From: Lytechinus pictus
Taxonomy: Eukaryota
Assembly: GCF_037042905.1 (NCBI RefSeq)
Contig: NC_087250.1
Span: 13,766,001-13,830,000 of the forward strand
Direction: 5' to 3'
Length of the DNA stretch: 64,000 nucleotides
Shown in pieces: positions 39,741 through 51,168 of this stretch (within the stretch, counting starts at the first letter, position 1; each line of letters opens with the position of its first letter). The notes below the pieces were generated by a model that saw only the letters and a program-made list of their open reading frames with translations, had not been told where the DNA came from and ran no database searches. Made by a program: the position numbers and the translations under genes.

Positions 39741-39815
39741 GGGGGGTCCAGCGAGGTTTGAACCACCGAACCCTGGTATACCAGTCAGGTGTGTTATCCA
39801 GTCGGCCACAGTGTG
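39741..39815 (-). pseudogene. tRNA-derived (SINE-head-like) segment; copies at 40901-40974 and 43750-43823
   Basis: A-box-like TGGCCGACTGG and B-box-like GGTTCAAACC at tRNA spacing, followed by T20 or more. Acceptor and T stems pair poorly. Confidence 0.5.
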
Positions 39816-41797
39816 TTCGACAAGCACAGAGAGCAAAATAGGAAACATATTGTCAACTTGACATTGAATGTACATTCTTGCAATTCCAAATTGGCATGAT
39901 GACAAAACTCTACAAATTCTAGTTTTGAGAATAGTACAAGCTTTAAAATGAAACAGTGGAGATATTGTCTAAAGGATACATTCTAAGCTAAAACATATTG
40001 AAAATTTGGCGAGAACAGACCAAGATTTACGGAATTAAAATCAATTTAAATGACTGTGGTGACATCATGAAACAGAAAACACTTGTTCTTAGTTCCGACG
40101 CCATTTTGATGACGTCACGATGTAATTAAGAGTCAAATGTGGCATGAAATCATATCTCCTATTCATACTCTATTCGAATATGAAAAGAAAAATTGGGGTC
40201 AACGGACTCCCTGAAGAGCTACAGTGAATTTTATGTAGGCATATTTTAGCCCATTTACGCGCGCGTAATGCAAATTTGAATGGACGCGCATTCCCGTATT
40301 ATTGGTCGTAAGAGGCTGAATGAGGTATCAAATTAATCAGAAGATAATGAACAATGGAAAGACATGAAAGAAATGATGACTCGAAGATGCATAACGATGG
40401 TAGGTGCAAGAACGCGCACGCATACCTGTGCGCGCGCAAATTCTTGACATGCTCAAAATGACCAGAAACGTACCCAAACTTGACCACGGTCGATTTGGGG
40501 AAATTTAAAATTTTGACGCGCGCGTACGTGCGCGTCGTGACCTTTGCATGACCTCTGATGATATGTCCTGATGACCTGTCACCTGAACTTGATATGATGC
40601 AAATATGGATGATTTTTGATGATTAGTTGCGATGATATGATCAATCATTTAATTTTACAAAATGGCGCCTAGATGACGTCATCATGATTTGATAACCTTG
40701 AAAAGTTTCCATTCCCATGTCCATAATGATGCCCATACATGACATGAAAATCAAGGAAATTGACATGCCCGATTTTGAGATAGAGGTGGACAAAGATTTG
40801 GCAATAAAAATAAAGAAAATTCTGACGAATATAATAGGTGATCTGTCATCTTAATGACAGACCACCTAAAAAGGACCAAAAAAAAAAAAAAAAAAAAAAA
40901 GGGGGTCCAGCGAGGTTTGAACCATCGAACCCTGGTATACCAGTCAGGTGTGTTATCCAGTCGGCCACAGTGTGTTCGACAAGCACAGAGAGCAAAATAG
41001 GAAACATATTGTCAACTTGACATTGAATGTACATTCTTGCAATTCCAAATTGGCATGATGACAAAACTCTACAAATTCTAGTTTTGAGAATAGTACAAGC
41101 TTTAAAATGAAACAGTGGAGATATTGTCTAAAGGATACATTCTAAGCTAAAACATATTGAAAATTTGGCGAGAACAGACCAAGATTTACGGAATTAAAAT
41201 CAATTTAAATGACTGTGGTGACATCATGAAACAGAAAACACTTGTTCTTAGTTCCGACGCCATTTTGATGACGTCACGATGTAATTAAGAGTCAAATGTG
41301 GCATGAAATCATATCTCCTATTCATACTCTATTCGAATATGAAAAGAAAAATTGGGGTCAACGGACTCCCTGAAGAGCTACAGTGAATTTTATATAGGCA
41401 TATTTTAGCCCATTTACGCGCGCGTAATGCAAATTTGAATGGACGCGCATTCCCGTATTATTGGTCGTAAGAGGCTGAATGAGGTATCAAATTAATCAGA
41501 AGATAATGAACAATGGAAAGACATGAAAGAAATGATGACTCGAAGATGCATAACGATGGTAGGTGCAAGAACGCGCACGCATACCTGTGCGCGCGCAAAT
41601 TCTTGACATGCTCAAAATGACCAGAAACGTACCCAAACTTGACCACGGTCGATTTGGGGAAATTTAAAATTTTGACGCGCGCGTACGTGCGCGTCGTGAC
41701 CTTTGCATGACCTCTGATGATATGTCCTGATGACCTGTCACCTGAACTTGATATGATGCAAATATGGATGATTTTTGATGATTAGTTGCGATGATAT

Positions 41798-43478
41798 TAG
41801 GAGTGGGCTATAAATGGGTGATTTTTGGTTTTACTGTGGGAACAGTTTTTTTGTGTTCCTTTTACCTTATCTCAACATGAATTAACAATATTTTTTGTCT
41901 CGGGTCCGAGAAAAAAGTGTGCCGGGCCAAAATCCAAAATGGCCGCCAAAACCCCCCAAAATCACAGTTTTGGCCACAACTTTTTTATTTGGTGGTCAAT
42001 TTCTCTGGTTTTGGTGTCTATTCATATGTTTTGGGGGGCAGGCAATTTGTTTTTCCTATAATTAGTACTTTTAAACCATTATTTGTAAAGTTAAAAGGTA
42101 ATGATACCTAAATTTTCCCATTTTTGTAGCCTTTTTTCAGCCAAAAGGTAGGTTTTATCAGCCTGGGGTTCTGGGATATTAGATGGTACGAGGTCAACAA
42201 TAGCAAGCAGCTTCATATAGCTATATTGCTTTTATTCCTCTACTTTGGGTTTTACGGATATTTGTGAAATATATCTTATCAAATAAAAGAAAATGTCATT
42301 TATCCATAGGGGCTATACGGTGTACAATGCACTGTACATACTACACTGCATATATCCATGCATTGACCACCATGGCATATGACAAGGCCTGTACATGTAT
42401 ATAAACTATAGTGTCATAGAAATGAGCTTCAAAGGTTTAGAATTAGATTGTGAATTTGATTCCTTGTCAGCTGATGTACATGACGAAACCAGCAATGTAA
42501 ATTGCACTTAAATATCACATACATCACATTTTTAGCCATATCTTCTTCATTTGGAGGCTTTTTTTAACCTGGTTCTGGTGTCTAACTGGCCTATGTTTAT
42601 GTGGTCAGGTAATTACTAGTATCATGGTTACGCTGATCAACAGCCAATCAGAATCAAGGATTGCATGCAAGTTACCATTAAGTTAAGTTAACATAATAGT
42701 AAATCTTTATGCAACGGGGCCCAGAATAGCTACAGTGTAAATTACCTCTCTCCGCCCCCTGAATTAGCATATTTGACAAAACATGTCCTCAATTTCTGAG
42801 ACAAAACATATCTTCAATTTCTGAGGCATCTAATTCTAAACCTGAGAGCTCATTTCTATGACACTATAGTTTATACAAGCCTTGTTATCTGTCATAGTGG
42901 CCAATGCATTTATGCAGTGCAGTATGTATGTACAGTACATTGTATACTGTATAGCCCCAATGGATAACTGACATTTTTTTATTTAATAAGATATATTTCA
43001 CAAATATCCGTAAAACCCAAAGTGGAGGAATAAAAGCAATATAGCTATATGAAGCTGCTTGCTATTGTTGACCTCGTACCATCTAATATCCCAGAACCCC
43101 AAAATGATAAAACCTACTTTTTGGCTGAAAAAAGGCTATAAAAATTGAAAAATTTAGGTATAATTTACCTTTAACTCTACAAATAATGGTTTAAAAGTAC
43201 TAATTATAGGAAAAACAAATTGCCTGCCCCCCAAAACATATGAATAGACACCAAAACCAGAGAAATTGACCACCAAATAAAAAAGTTGTGGCCAAAACTG
43301 TGATTTTTGGGGGTTTTGGCGGCCATTTTGGATTTTGGCCCGGCACACTTTTTTCTCGGACCCGAGACAAAAAATATTGTCATTTCATATTGAGATACAT
43401 TACAAGGAATAAAAAAAAACTGTTGTCATATTGAAATTACAAAAAAAGTATTTTTGACCCATGTATAGCCCACTCCTA
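41798..43478. mobile_element. 1681-bp foldback MITE inserted in one repeat unit
   Basis: TAGGAGTGGGCTATA ... TATAGCCCACTCCTA, arms about 640 bp. Duplication ATGATAT (41791-41797 / 43479-43485) is confirmed against the empty sites in sister units. Confidence 0.92.
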
Positions 43479-44924
43479 ATGATATGATCAATCATTTAAT
43501 TTTACAAAATGGCGCCTAGATGACGTCATCATGATTTGATAACCTTGAAAAGTTTCCATTCCCATGTCCATAATGATGCCCATACATGACATGAAAATCA
43601 AGGAAATTGACATGCCCGATTTTGAGATAGAGGTGGACAAAGATTTGGCAATAAAAATAAAGAAAATTCTGACGAATATAATAGGTGATCTGTCATCTTA
43701 ATGACAGACCACCTAAAAAGGACCAAAAAAAAAAAAAAAAAAAAAAAAAGGGGGTCCAGCGAGGTTTGAACCACCGAACCCTGGTATACCAGTCAGGTGT
43801 GTTATCCAGTCGGCCACAGTGTGTTCGACAAGCACAGAGAGCAAAATAGGAAACATATTGTCAACTTGACATTGAATGTACATTCTTGCAATTCCAAATT
43901 GGCATGATGACAAAACTCTACAAATTCTAGTTTTGAGAATAGTACAAGCTTTAAAATGAAACAGTGGAGATATTGTCTAAAGGATACATTCTAAGCTAAA
44001 ACATATTGAAAATTTGGCGAGAACAGACCAAGATTTACGGAATTAAAATCAATTTAAATGACTGTGGTGACATCATGAAACAGAAAACACTTGTTCTTAG
44101 TTCCGACGCCATTTTGATGACGTCACGATGTAATTAAGAGTCAAATGTGGCATGAAATCATATCTCCTATTCATACTCTATTCGAATATGAAAAGAAAAA
44201 TTGGGGTCAACGGACTCCCTGAAGAGCTACAGTGAATTTTATATAGGCATATTTTAGCCCATTTACGCGCGCGTAATGCAAATTTGAATGGACGCGCATT
44301 CCCGTATTATTGGTCGTAAGAGGCTGAATGAGGTATCAAATTAATCAGAAGATAATGAACAATGGAAAGACATGAAAGAAATGATGACTCGAAGATGCAT
44401 AACGATGGTAGGTGCAAGAACGCGCACGCATACCTGTGCGCGCGCAAATTCTTGACATGCTCAAAATGACCAGAAACGTACCCAAACTTGACCACGGTCG
44501 ATTTGGGGAAATTTAAAATTTTGACGCGCGCGTACGTGCGCGTCGTGACCTTTGCATGACCTCTGATGATATGTCCTGATGACCTGTCACCTGAACTTGA
44601 TATGATGCAAATATGGATGATTTTTGATGATTAGTTGCGATGATATGATCAATCATTTAATTTTACAAAATGGCGCCTAGATGACGTCATCATGATTTGA
44701 TAACCTTGAAAAGTTTCCATTCCCATGTCCATAATGATGCCCATACATGACATGAAAATCAAGGAAATTGACATGCCCGATTTTGAGATAGAGGTGGACA
44801 AAGATTTGGCAATAAAAATAAAGAAAATTCTGACGAATATAATAGGTGATCTGTCATCTTAATGACAGACCACCTAATAAAAACATGCTTACCTGTGTGG
44901 TATCAGTTGGAAAATTGATCATCT

Positions 44925-45320
44925 AAAAACTGCCGATTCGTCTATTATCTATTACCACATGGTCTACATTCATTTAGTCTAATGCCATGCCGTCCATCAA
45001 CATTTCATCTGACAACCATTTGGTCCAATAATCACTTTGTCTAATCACCAGTTCGTCTTTGACCATTTTTTCTAATTACCAGTTGGTCAAATACCCATTT
45101 TCTTTTCATTCATTTCGCCCAATTAACACTTTTCCAAATAGACCAAATGGTTTTTGGACTAAATGGCTATTGGACCAACTGGTTATGAGACGAAATGGTG
45201 AGTGGACGAAATGGCACTTAGACTATGTGGATAGTGGATGAATTGATGATAGACCAAATGATAGTAGATGAGTTGGTAATTAGACGAATTGGCATTAGAC
45301 CAATTGGAAATAAACCTGTG
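44925..45320. mobile_element. MITE with short inverted subrepeats
   Basis: TTGGTCYAAT-like motifs on the left mirrored by ATTAGACSAA-like motifs on the right. Confidence 0.55.
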
Positions 45321-45644
45321 TTGGTCACAGGGAGGCTTGCGCTGCTCTTGCTGACTTGGCTTGTGATCGTAGCTGGATGACATCACGTGATAAGCAGGGT
45401 GTTTGTCAACCACTGTATGTCCCTTTTCGTCACTTGCACATGTGTTTTTATGCCATAGCAAGCGACGACGAGCCACGATGACTTGAAAACCAAAATGTTC
45501 GACCTGTTGCCCCCCCCCCCCCAAAAGTTGGTTATGAGAACAAATATTTGATCGTTGTGCTAGGTATCTTGTTTCTTTCATGACAATTCTCATGTAGGAT
45601 TAAATCGTTAAAACTATAATTGCATTCTTTTCTTCTATACAAAG

Positions 45645-45734
45645 GATTACAGGTCAGTCCACCAATGTTCATGCGACATGGCGATGGAAAAGCGACACAG
45701 GTGGTAGAAGAAAGCGATGAGATGACTACAAGAG
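45645..45734 (+). CDS. Gene 1 coding exon 2: KRAB-B-like / post-KRAB segment
   Basis: Pyrimidine tract plus AAAG|, (G)LQVSPPMFMRHGDGKATQVVEESDEMTTR-G|GTTTGT, 90 nt, phase 1-1. Resembles PRDM9 GL....P.FM followed by an acidic ..DSDEEW.P segment. Paralogous exons at 59227 and 59875 share the same splice positions. Confidence 0.8.
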
Positions 45735-45984
45735 GTTTGTTGAATTTCGGAATTCTAACACTTCTTAATTTACTTCAATCCAATGATACACTGATCAGTG
45801 GAAATATATACAAAAACAATCCACGATATCAGTTTCAAGAAGTTGCGCGTGGCACATAAGTCCTTCACAATATTGCATCAAAGCATTGGATTACAAATGT
45901 CGTAAACAAAAGTACATGTAGCATCCCTCTGAGATTATCAAATCAGTTCTTAATAAAATGATTTATCATCTATGGTGCTGAGAC

Positions 45985-46436
45985 CCACGAGGGGGGGGGG
46001 GGCAGTCAAATGTATTGCTATACACATGTGTTACCAAATTGTTTCCAAATACCCCCTAATCGAGTTTATTCTCTGTGTGCAAAAGAACCCCCTAAAGAAG
46101 TTTTCGCGGGCCTTATTTACACAAATTGGTCCCTAAACAAGTTCTCGCCAGAATATGACCTCGGGAGAAAAAGCTGGGGGGAAAAAAACATACCCTTAAC
46201 ACGTTTGGCTAGTCTGTAAAAAAAAAAAGCTTTGGAAAAAAAAAACATACCCTAACTATGTTTTACCCCGCAATTGACCATTGACCAGTCTTTCAAAACC
46301 ACCCTTTTTCTTGAAAATCTGTGTTTTTGATACTCTTAAACGAGTGCACGCGCTGCCCGCGTCCGAAACTGAAAAAACACCCCTTTAAACGCATGTTTTT
46401 TGTCACGCATGTGTACAGCAATATATTTGACTGGCC
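45985..46436. mobile_element. MITE
   Basis: CAGTCAAATGTATTGCTATACACATG ... CATGTGTACAGCAATATATTTGACTG. Confidence 0.7.
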
Positions 46437-46992
46437 AGTCTCAATAAATAGAGTTAAATTCACAGATCAAAATGCTGAAATAACAGTTATTGAATTTTAA
46501 TGATTTGAATTATTTCGGTAAAACAGTTCTAGGCATGTCTTTATGAATATATGAATATTCATTAGGTGGGCTGATGTCATATCCCACTTGTTCTTTTGTA
46601 TTTTACTTTATGAAATAAGGTTTATTCAAAAAATGTCAACCAAGAACTAAAACAATTGGATTGACAACTGATGAAGTGCATTGGTTATTTATTGCCACAA
46701 CTTATTTCATCATAATGGAGACATCATTTACACATGTATGAAAAAATGAAACATTCATGATTTCATGTAGTAACATAGGTATAAGGAAAGTGGGGATGTG
46801 ACATCATCAGCCCACCTAATGAATATTCATGACGATGTGCATATTACTGTTTTCACAACATTTGATGAACTTAAATATTCTATAACTTCGTTATTTCTTA
46901 TCCAATTTTGATGAAGTTTTCAGCATTTTGCTCTGTGAATTTTACTCTATTTATTTAGATATATATATTCTCAGCTCAGACCATCCCTTTAA
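46436..46992. mobile_element. Kolobok-like MITE (left end truncated)
   Basis: Homologous to 16359-16946, ends CCCT|TTAA. Confidence 0.6.
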
Positions 46993-47144
46993 TAAGTAAG
47001 TCTTCAGTTCTTGACCAAGTGATCTGTACAACAAAACTTTACTCTGACTTTAAATGAGTGGGCCATAATAGTTGGAAGGAGGGATGGTTTTGAATAAGAA
47101 ACCCATAAAAGTATGGTACATGAATGAGTAATACTTTCTAACAG

Positions 47145-47192
47145 GAGCTGGACATGGCAAATCTAAAACTTCTTGTTATACTCCCTGCAGAG
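47145..47192 (+). CDS. Candidate 48-nt cassette exon of gene 1
   Basis: TTTCTAACAG| (G)AGHGKSKTSCYTPCR-G |GTATTA. Phase 1-1, frame-preserving and stop-free. Confidence 0.3.
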
Positions 47193-47302
47193 GTATTATG
47201 TATTGATGTATTACTGAAAATGTCCAATGGATCTTTCCATCACACAATTACCAATTATTGCAGATTTTGTTCGGATTTGACTGAAACATCAATGCACTGA
47301 AT

Positions 47303-47571
47303 TCAGGGTTGAACCCGGTTCATGGAAAGTCTGGGAATTTGGAAAATTTGTGAAAAGTCATGGAAAGGGGAATTTTGGTCATGGAAAAATCATGAAATTG
47401 CATTTACCTCTTGGCTATGGCAGCTCTCATACTCTGTGATCATACCCTGCTATTATAATTGGTGTTCATGAGGGGAGGTGGAGGCCACCATAACGTGTCT
47501 GATTTTGGAAATCGTGCCAGAAAGGAATTCATGGAAAGTAGCAATTTTAGTCAATTTCTGTGGGAACCCTG
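47303..47571. mobile_element. hAT-like MITE
   Basis: CAGGGTT ... AACCCTG termini with repeated TCATGGAAA motifs. Confidence 0.65.
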
Positions 47572-47616
47572 TAAAAAAATTGTTTAAATTCTATTTTTTT
47601 TCCCTTTTTAAAATAG

Positions 47617-50600
47617 ACTCTGGAGTCTATAGATGCACGGACTGTGGATCTCCATATGCTATTCCTCTCATCTTAGCAAGGCATCTCAAGTACAAACATG
47701 GCTTCAACGGGGTCATCTTGCCTGCAGATGGACCAAAGGGAGACATTCTCCAGATCGTCTATGGTAAAATTAAACCCAACGATCCTCCACTACGTGAAAA
47801 GCGATTCATACTCCAGGGGAGCAGCAGAGTAATATTTCAGGATGAATCGTGTGGGGAATTATCCTATCTCGCGATTAAAAATCACGATGGAATGGAGTCC
47901 CTTGCACCTGATAGAAGGTGTAAGGCATTTGACGATGATCATCGGCCACAGGCAGAAGAAATGACCCATTCCGGCGAAAATGCTTTGACTCAAGAAACTC
48001 ATCTTGCAGCACATAAACCACTAGAAAGTGATGACCGTCGTGAACGAGAGTATTACGAGGCATTTACTCAAACACATAAACCGATTGAAAGTGATGACCG
48101 TTGTGGACGAGAGCATTGCGAGGCATTTACTCACGAATCTAATAATGTAGCACATAAACCAATTGAAAGTTATGAACGAGAGCATTCTGAGGCACTTGCT
48201 CAAGAATCAAATGATGTATCACAAAGAACAATTGAAAATGATGACCTTCGTGTACGAGAGCATTGTGAGGCATTTACTCAAGAATCTAATGATGCAGCAC
48301 ATAAACCAATTGAAAGTGATGACCATTCTGAACGAGAGGATTGCGAGGCATTTACTCAAGATTCTAATGATGTAGCACATAAACCAATTGAAAGTGATGA
48401 ACGAGAGCATTCTGAGGCATTTACTCAAGAATCTAATGATGTATCACAAAAAACAATTGAAAATGACAACCTACATGAACGAGAGCATTGCGAGGCATTT
48501 ACTCAAGAATCTAATGATGCAGCACATAAACCAATTGAAAGTGAAGGCCATTGTGGTCATGAGCAATGTTGGAAGACCGACAGTGATACAGGTCCGTCCA
48601 GTAGACGTGCGCAAATCCGTAAGAAGCCGTGTTTTTGTGATCTGTGTGGTAAGGGCTTCTATGACGGAGCAAATTTGAAGAGGCATAAACGAATCCATAC
48701 AGGTGAAAAACCGTATGAATGTAAACAGTGCGGGAAGAAATTTAGGGATAATAGTTCTCTTAATAGACATACACGAATCCATACGGGTGAGAAGCCCCAT
48801 GTTTGCGATCAATGTGGTAAGGCATTTATTGAAAAATATACTCTTACACTACATACGCGTATCCATACAGGTGAGAAGCCCTATGTATGTGATCAGTGTG
48901 GTAATTTGTTTACTAGTGTACGAGATCTAACAACACATGAACGAGTCCATACAGGTCAGAGGCCCCATGTATGTGATCAGTGTGGTAAGGAATTTTCTCA
49001 GCAATATGATCTCTCACAGCACAAACAAATCCATTTAGGTGAAAAGCCGTTTGTATGTCGCCAATGTGGTAAGGCATACACGAGTAAAATTAATCTGGAA
49101 TCACATAAGAAAATACATAAGAATCTGAAATCACATAAGAAAATGCATAAGAATCTGAAATCACATAAGAAAATGCATAAGAGTGAAAAGAAGTCACATG
49201 CAGGTCAATGTGGTAAGTCCATCATTACAAAATTTAATTTTAGATTAAATAAAATTACCCATACAGATGAGAAACCCCATGTATGTGACCAATGTGGCAA
49301 TTCATATACTAATGTACAAGATCTCACAACACATAAACGAATCCATACAGTTGAGAAACCCGATGCATCTGATCAACATGGTAAAGCATTTAATCAAGCG
49401 CATCATCTAGAAAAACCTAAGAAAGTCCACACAGGTGAGAAGCTCTATGTGTGTGATCAGTGTGGTAAGCAATTTAAAAACGCGAGTGCTCTATCAATAC
49501 ATGAAAAAATCCATACAGGTGAGAAATCATTTGCATGTGATCATTGCGGTAAAGTATTCAATCGACTGCATTTCCTCACAAGACATAAACAAATCCATAC
49601 AGGTGTGAAGCCCTATGTATGTGATCAATGTGGTAAAGCATTTAATGATAACACCAATTTGGGGAGGCATAAACAAATCCATACAGGTGTGAAGCCCTAT
49701 GTATGTGATCAATGTGGAAGGGCATTTAACGATTCTAGTAACCTCAAGAAACATAGAAAAACTCATAGACCTAAGCAGCTTCATCAAACACATCGTCCAA
49801 ACGTACATAAGCAAGTCCATACAGGTGAGAAGCCCTATGTATGTGATCAGTGTGGTAAGGCATTTAGTCAAGCACATTACCTAACAAACCATAAGAAAAT
49901 CCACACAGGTGAGAAGCTCCATGTATGTGATCAGTGTGGCAAGGCATTTAATCAACCTTACTATCTCAAAAGACATAAACGAAGGCATACAGGTCAAAGG
50001 CCCCATTTGTGTGATCAATGTGGTAAGGCATTTAGTGATACACGTTACCTCCGTCTACACAAACAAATGCATACAGGTGAGAAGCCTTTTGTATGTGATG
50101 AGTGTGGTAAGGCATTTTATCGGGAATATAGTCTAATAAGGCATAAACTAATTCATTCGGGTCAGAGTCCACATGTATGTGATGACTGTGGTAAAGCATT
50201 TACTCATGCAAGAATTCTAAAGGCGCATAAACGAACCCATACAGGTGAGAAGCCTTTTGTATGTGATCATTGTGGTAAGGCGTTTGGTCAAGTATCCCAT
50301 CTCACAACGCATAAACGAATCCATACAGGTGAGAAACCCTATGTGTGTGAGGAATGCGGTGAGGCATTTACTTACACTATCAGTCTCAAAACTCATAAAC
50401 AAATCCACACAGGAGAGACACCCTATGTATGCGATCAATGTGGTAATGCATATCGTCACAAAAGTACTCTCACAATTCATAAAAGAACTCATACAGGTGA
50501 GAAACGCTATGTATGTGATCAATGTGGTAAGACATTTACTCAATCTGCCCATCTCAAAAGACATTTACTCATCCATACAGGTGAGAAGCCTTATGTATGT

Positions 50601-50786
50601 GACCAATGTGGTAAGGAATTTAATAAATCTGGCAATCTCAAATCACATAAAAGAATACATACAGGTGAGAAGCCATATGTATGTGATCAATGTGGTAAGG
50701 CATTTAGTCAATCCTGTAATCTAACAAAACATAAACAGACCCATGCGGGAGGCAAACCCTATGTAAATTTGTTGTTATCATTGTGA
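47617..50786 (+). CDS. Gene 1 last exon: early C2H2 finger, acidic repeat, 22 intact and 2 degenerate tandem C2H2 fingers
   Basis: Acceptor TTTTTTTCCCTTTTTAAAATAG| at 47616. The phase-1 join gives D-SGVYRCTDCGSPYAIPLILARHLKYKH. TGEKPY-type linkers, TGA stop at 50784-50786. Confidence 0.93.
47980..48570 (+). repeat. Coding minisatellite of 21-26-aa acidic units (AFTQESND.AHKPIESDD..EREHCE)
   Basis: Eight units. Units 3-5 recur as 6-8 at a 225-bp offset. Confidence 0.9.
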
Positions 50787-51087
50787 GAAATTAAGCTAAT
50801 TTCACAGGAAATATGAACAGTATATTGCAAGTTGAAATCTGTTAAGCTCAGTAATTGTTTCCTGAATACTCCCTAAGTGGAAAATCAAATGTATAAAATA
50901 CTTTTCACTATCATGAATGCTATTGGCTCTATGAAGTGGACCCCTGATGAAAATGATACAATTTTTTTCCAGTTCAATGATTACATGCTGTGGAATGACA
51001 ATAAAATCTCTTCCTTCTGTGGATTTGGGATTGGTATCTGAGGAACAAAGGTGTTGATATAGCAATTACTTTGTTCAAGCTCCCTTT

Positions 51088-51168
51088 AATAAATAATATA
51101 GATTTTTATTCCCTGTAGCTATTTGGCTTTTTAAACTGAGCAAATAGGTGTTATGTTTTGACAATAAA
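51088..51168 (+). terminator. Candidate polyadenylation signals of gene 1
   Basis: AATAAA at 51088-51093 and 51163-51168, 0.3-0.4 kb after the stop. AT-rich context lowers specificity. Confidence 0.3.

Larger units (their letters stand above)
37583..44877 (-). mobile_element. Non-autonomous Helentron/DINE-like rolling-circle element with a tandemly amplified 5' region
   Basis: On the - strand: 5' subTIR TTAGGTGGTCTGTCAT plus adjacent inverted repeat (44877), 3' subTIR (37613-37628), stem-loop TTCGTC..GACGAA, terminal CTAG|TT. No TSD and no Rep/Hel ORF. Confidence 0.75.
39025..44877. repeat. ~1158-bp tandem repeat (about 3.6 near-identical units), one unit interrupted
   Basis: Identical landmarks end at 39712, 40869, 43716 and 44877 (spacings 1157, 1159+1688, 1161). 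Confidence 0.95.

Noticed and set aside
39741..39815. Functional tRNA gene
   Set aside because: The acceptor and T-psi-C stems do not pair, so it is kept only as tRNA-derived
39142..44495. Repeated 62-103-aa ORFs (MVKFGYVSG..., MSSCQFGIA...)
   Set aside because: They recur only because the DNA is tandemly duplicated, start at non-ATG codons, and frameshift with poly-A length
47478..47616. N-terminal 46 codons of the 1102-aa ORF
   Set aside because: They start at a GTG inside a MITE and run through a polypyrimidine tract and acceptor. This is intron sequence that happens to be open
47875..50724. Overlapping alternative-frame and antisense ORFs in the finger exon
   Set aside because: Expected shadows of a repetitive coding sequence
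35045..50786. Calling gene 1 PRDM9
   Set aside because: No PR/SET or SSXRD is visible and the finger array is not homogenised. Only the KRAB exons and early finger are PRDM9-like
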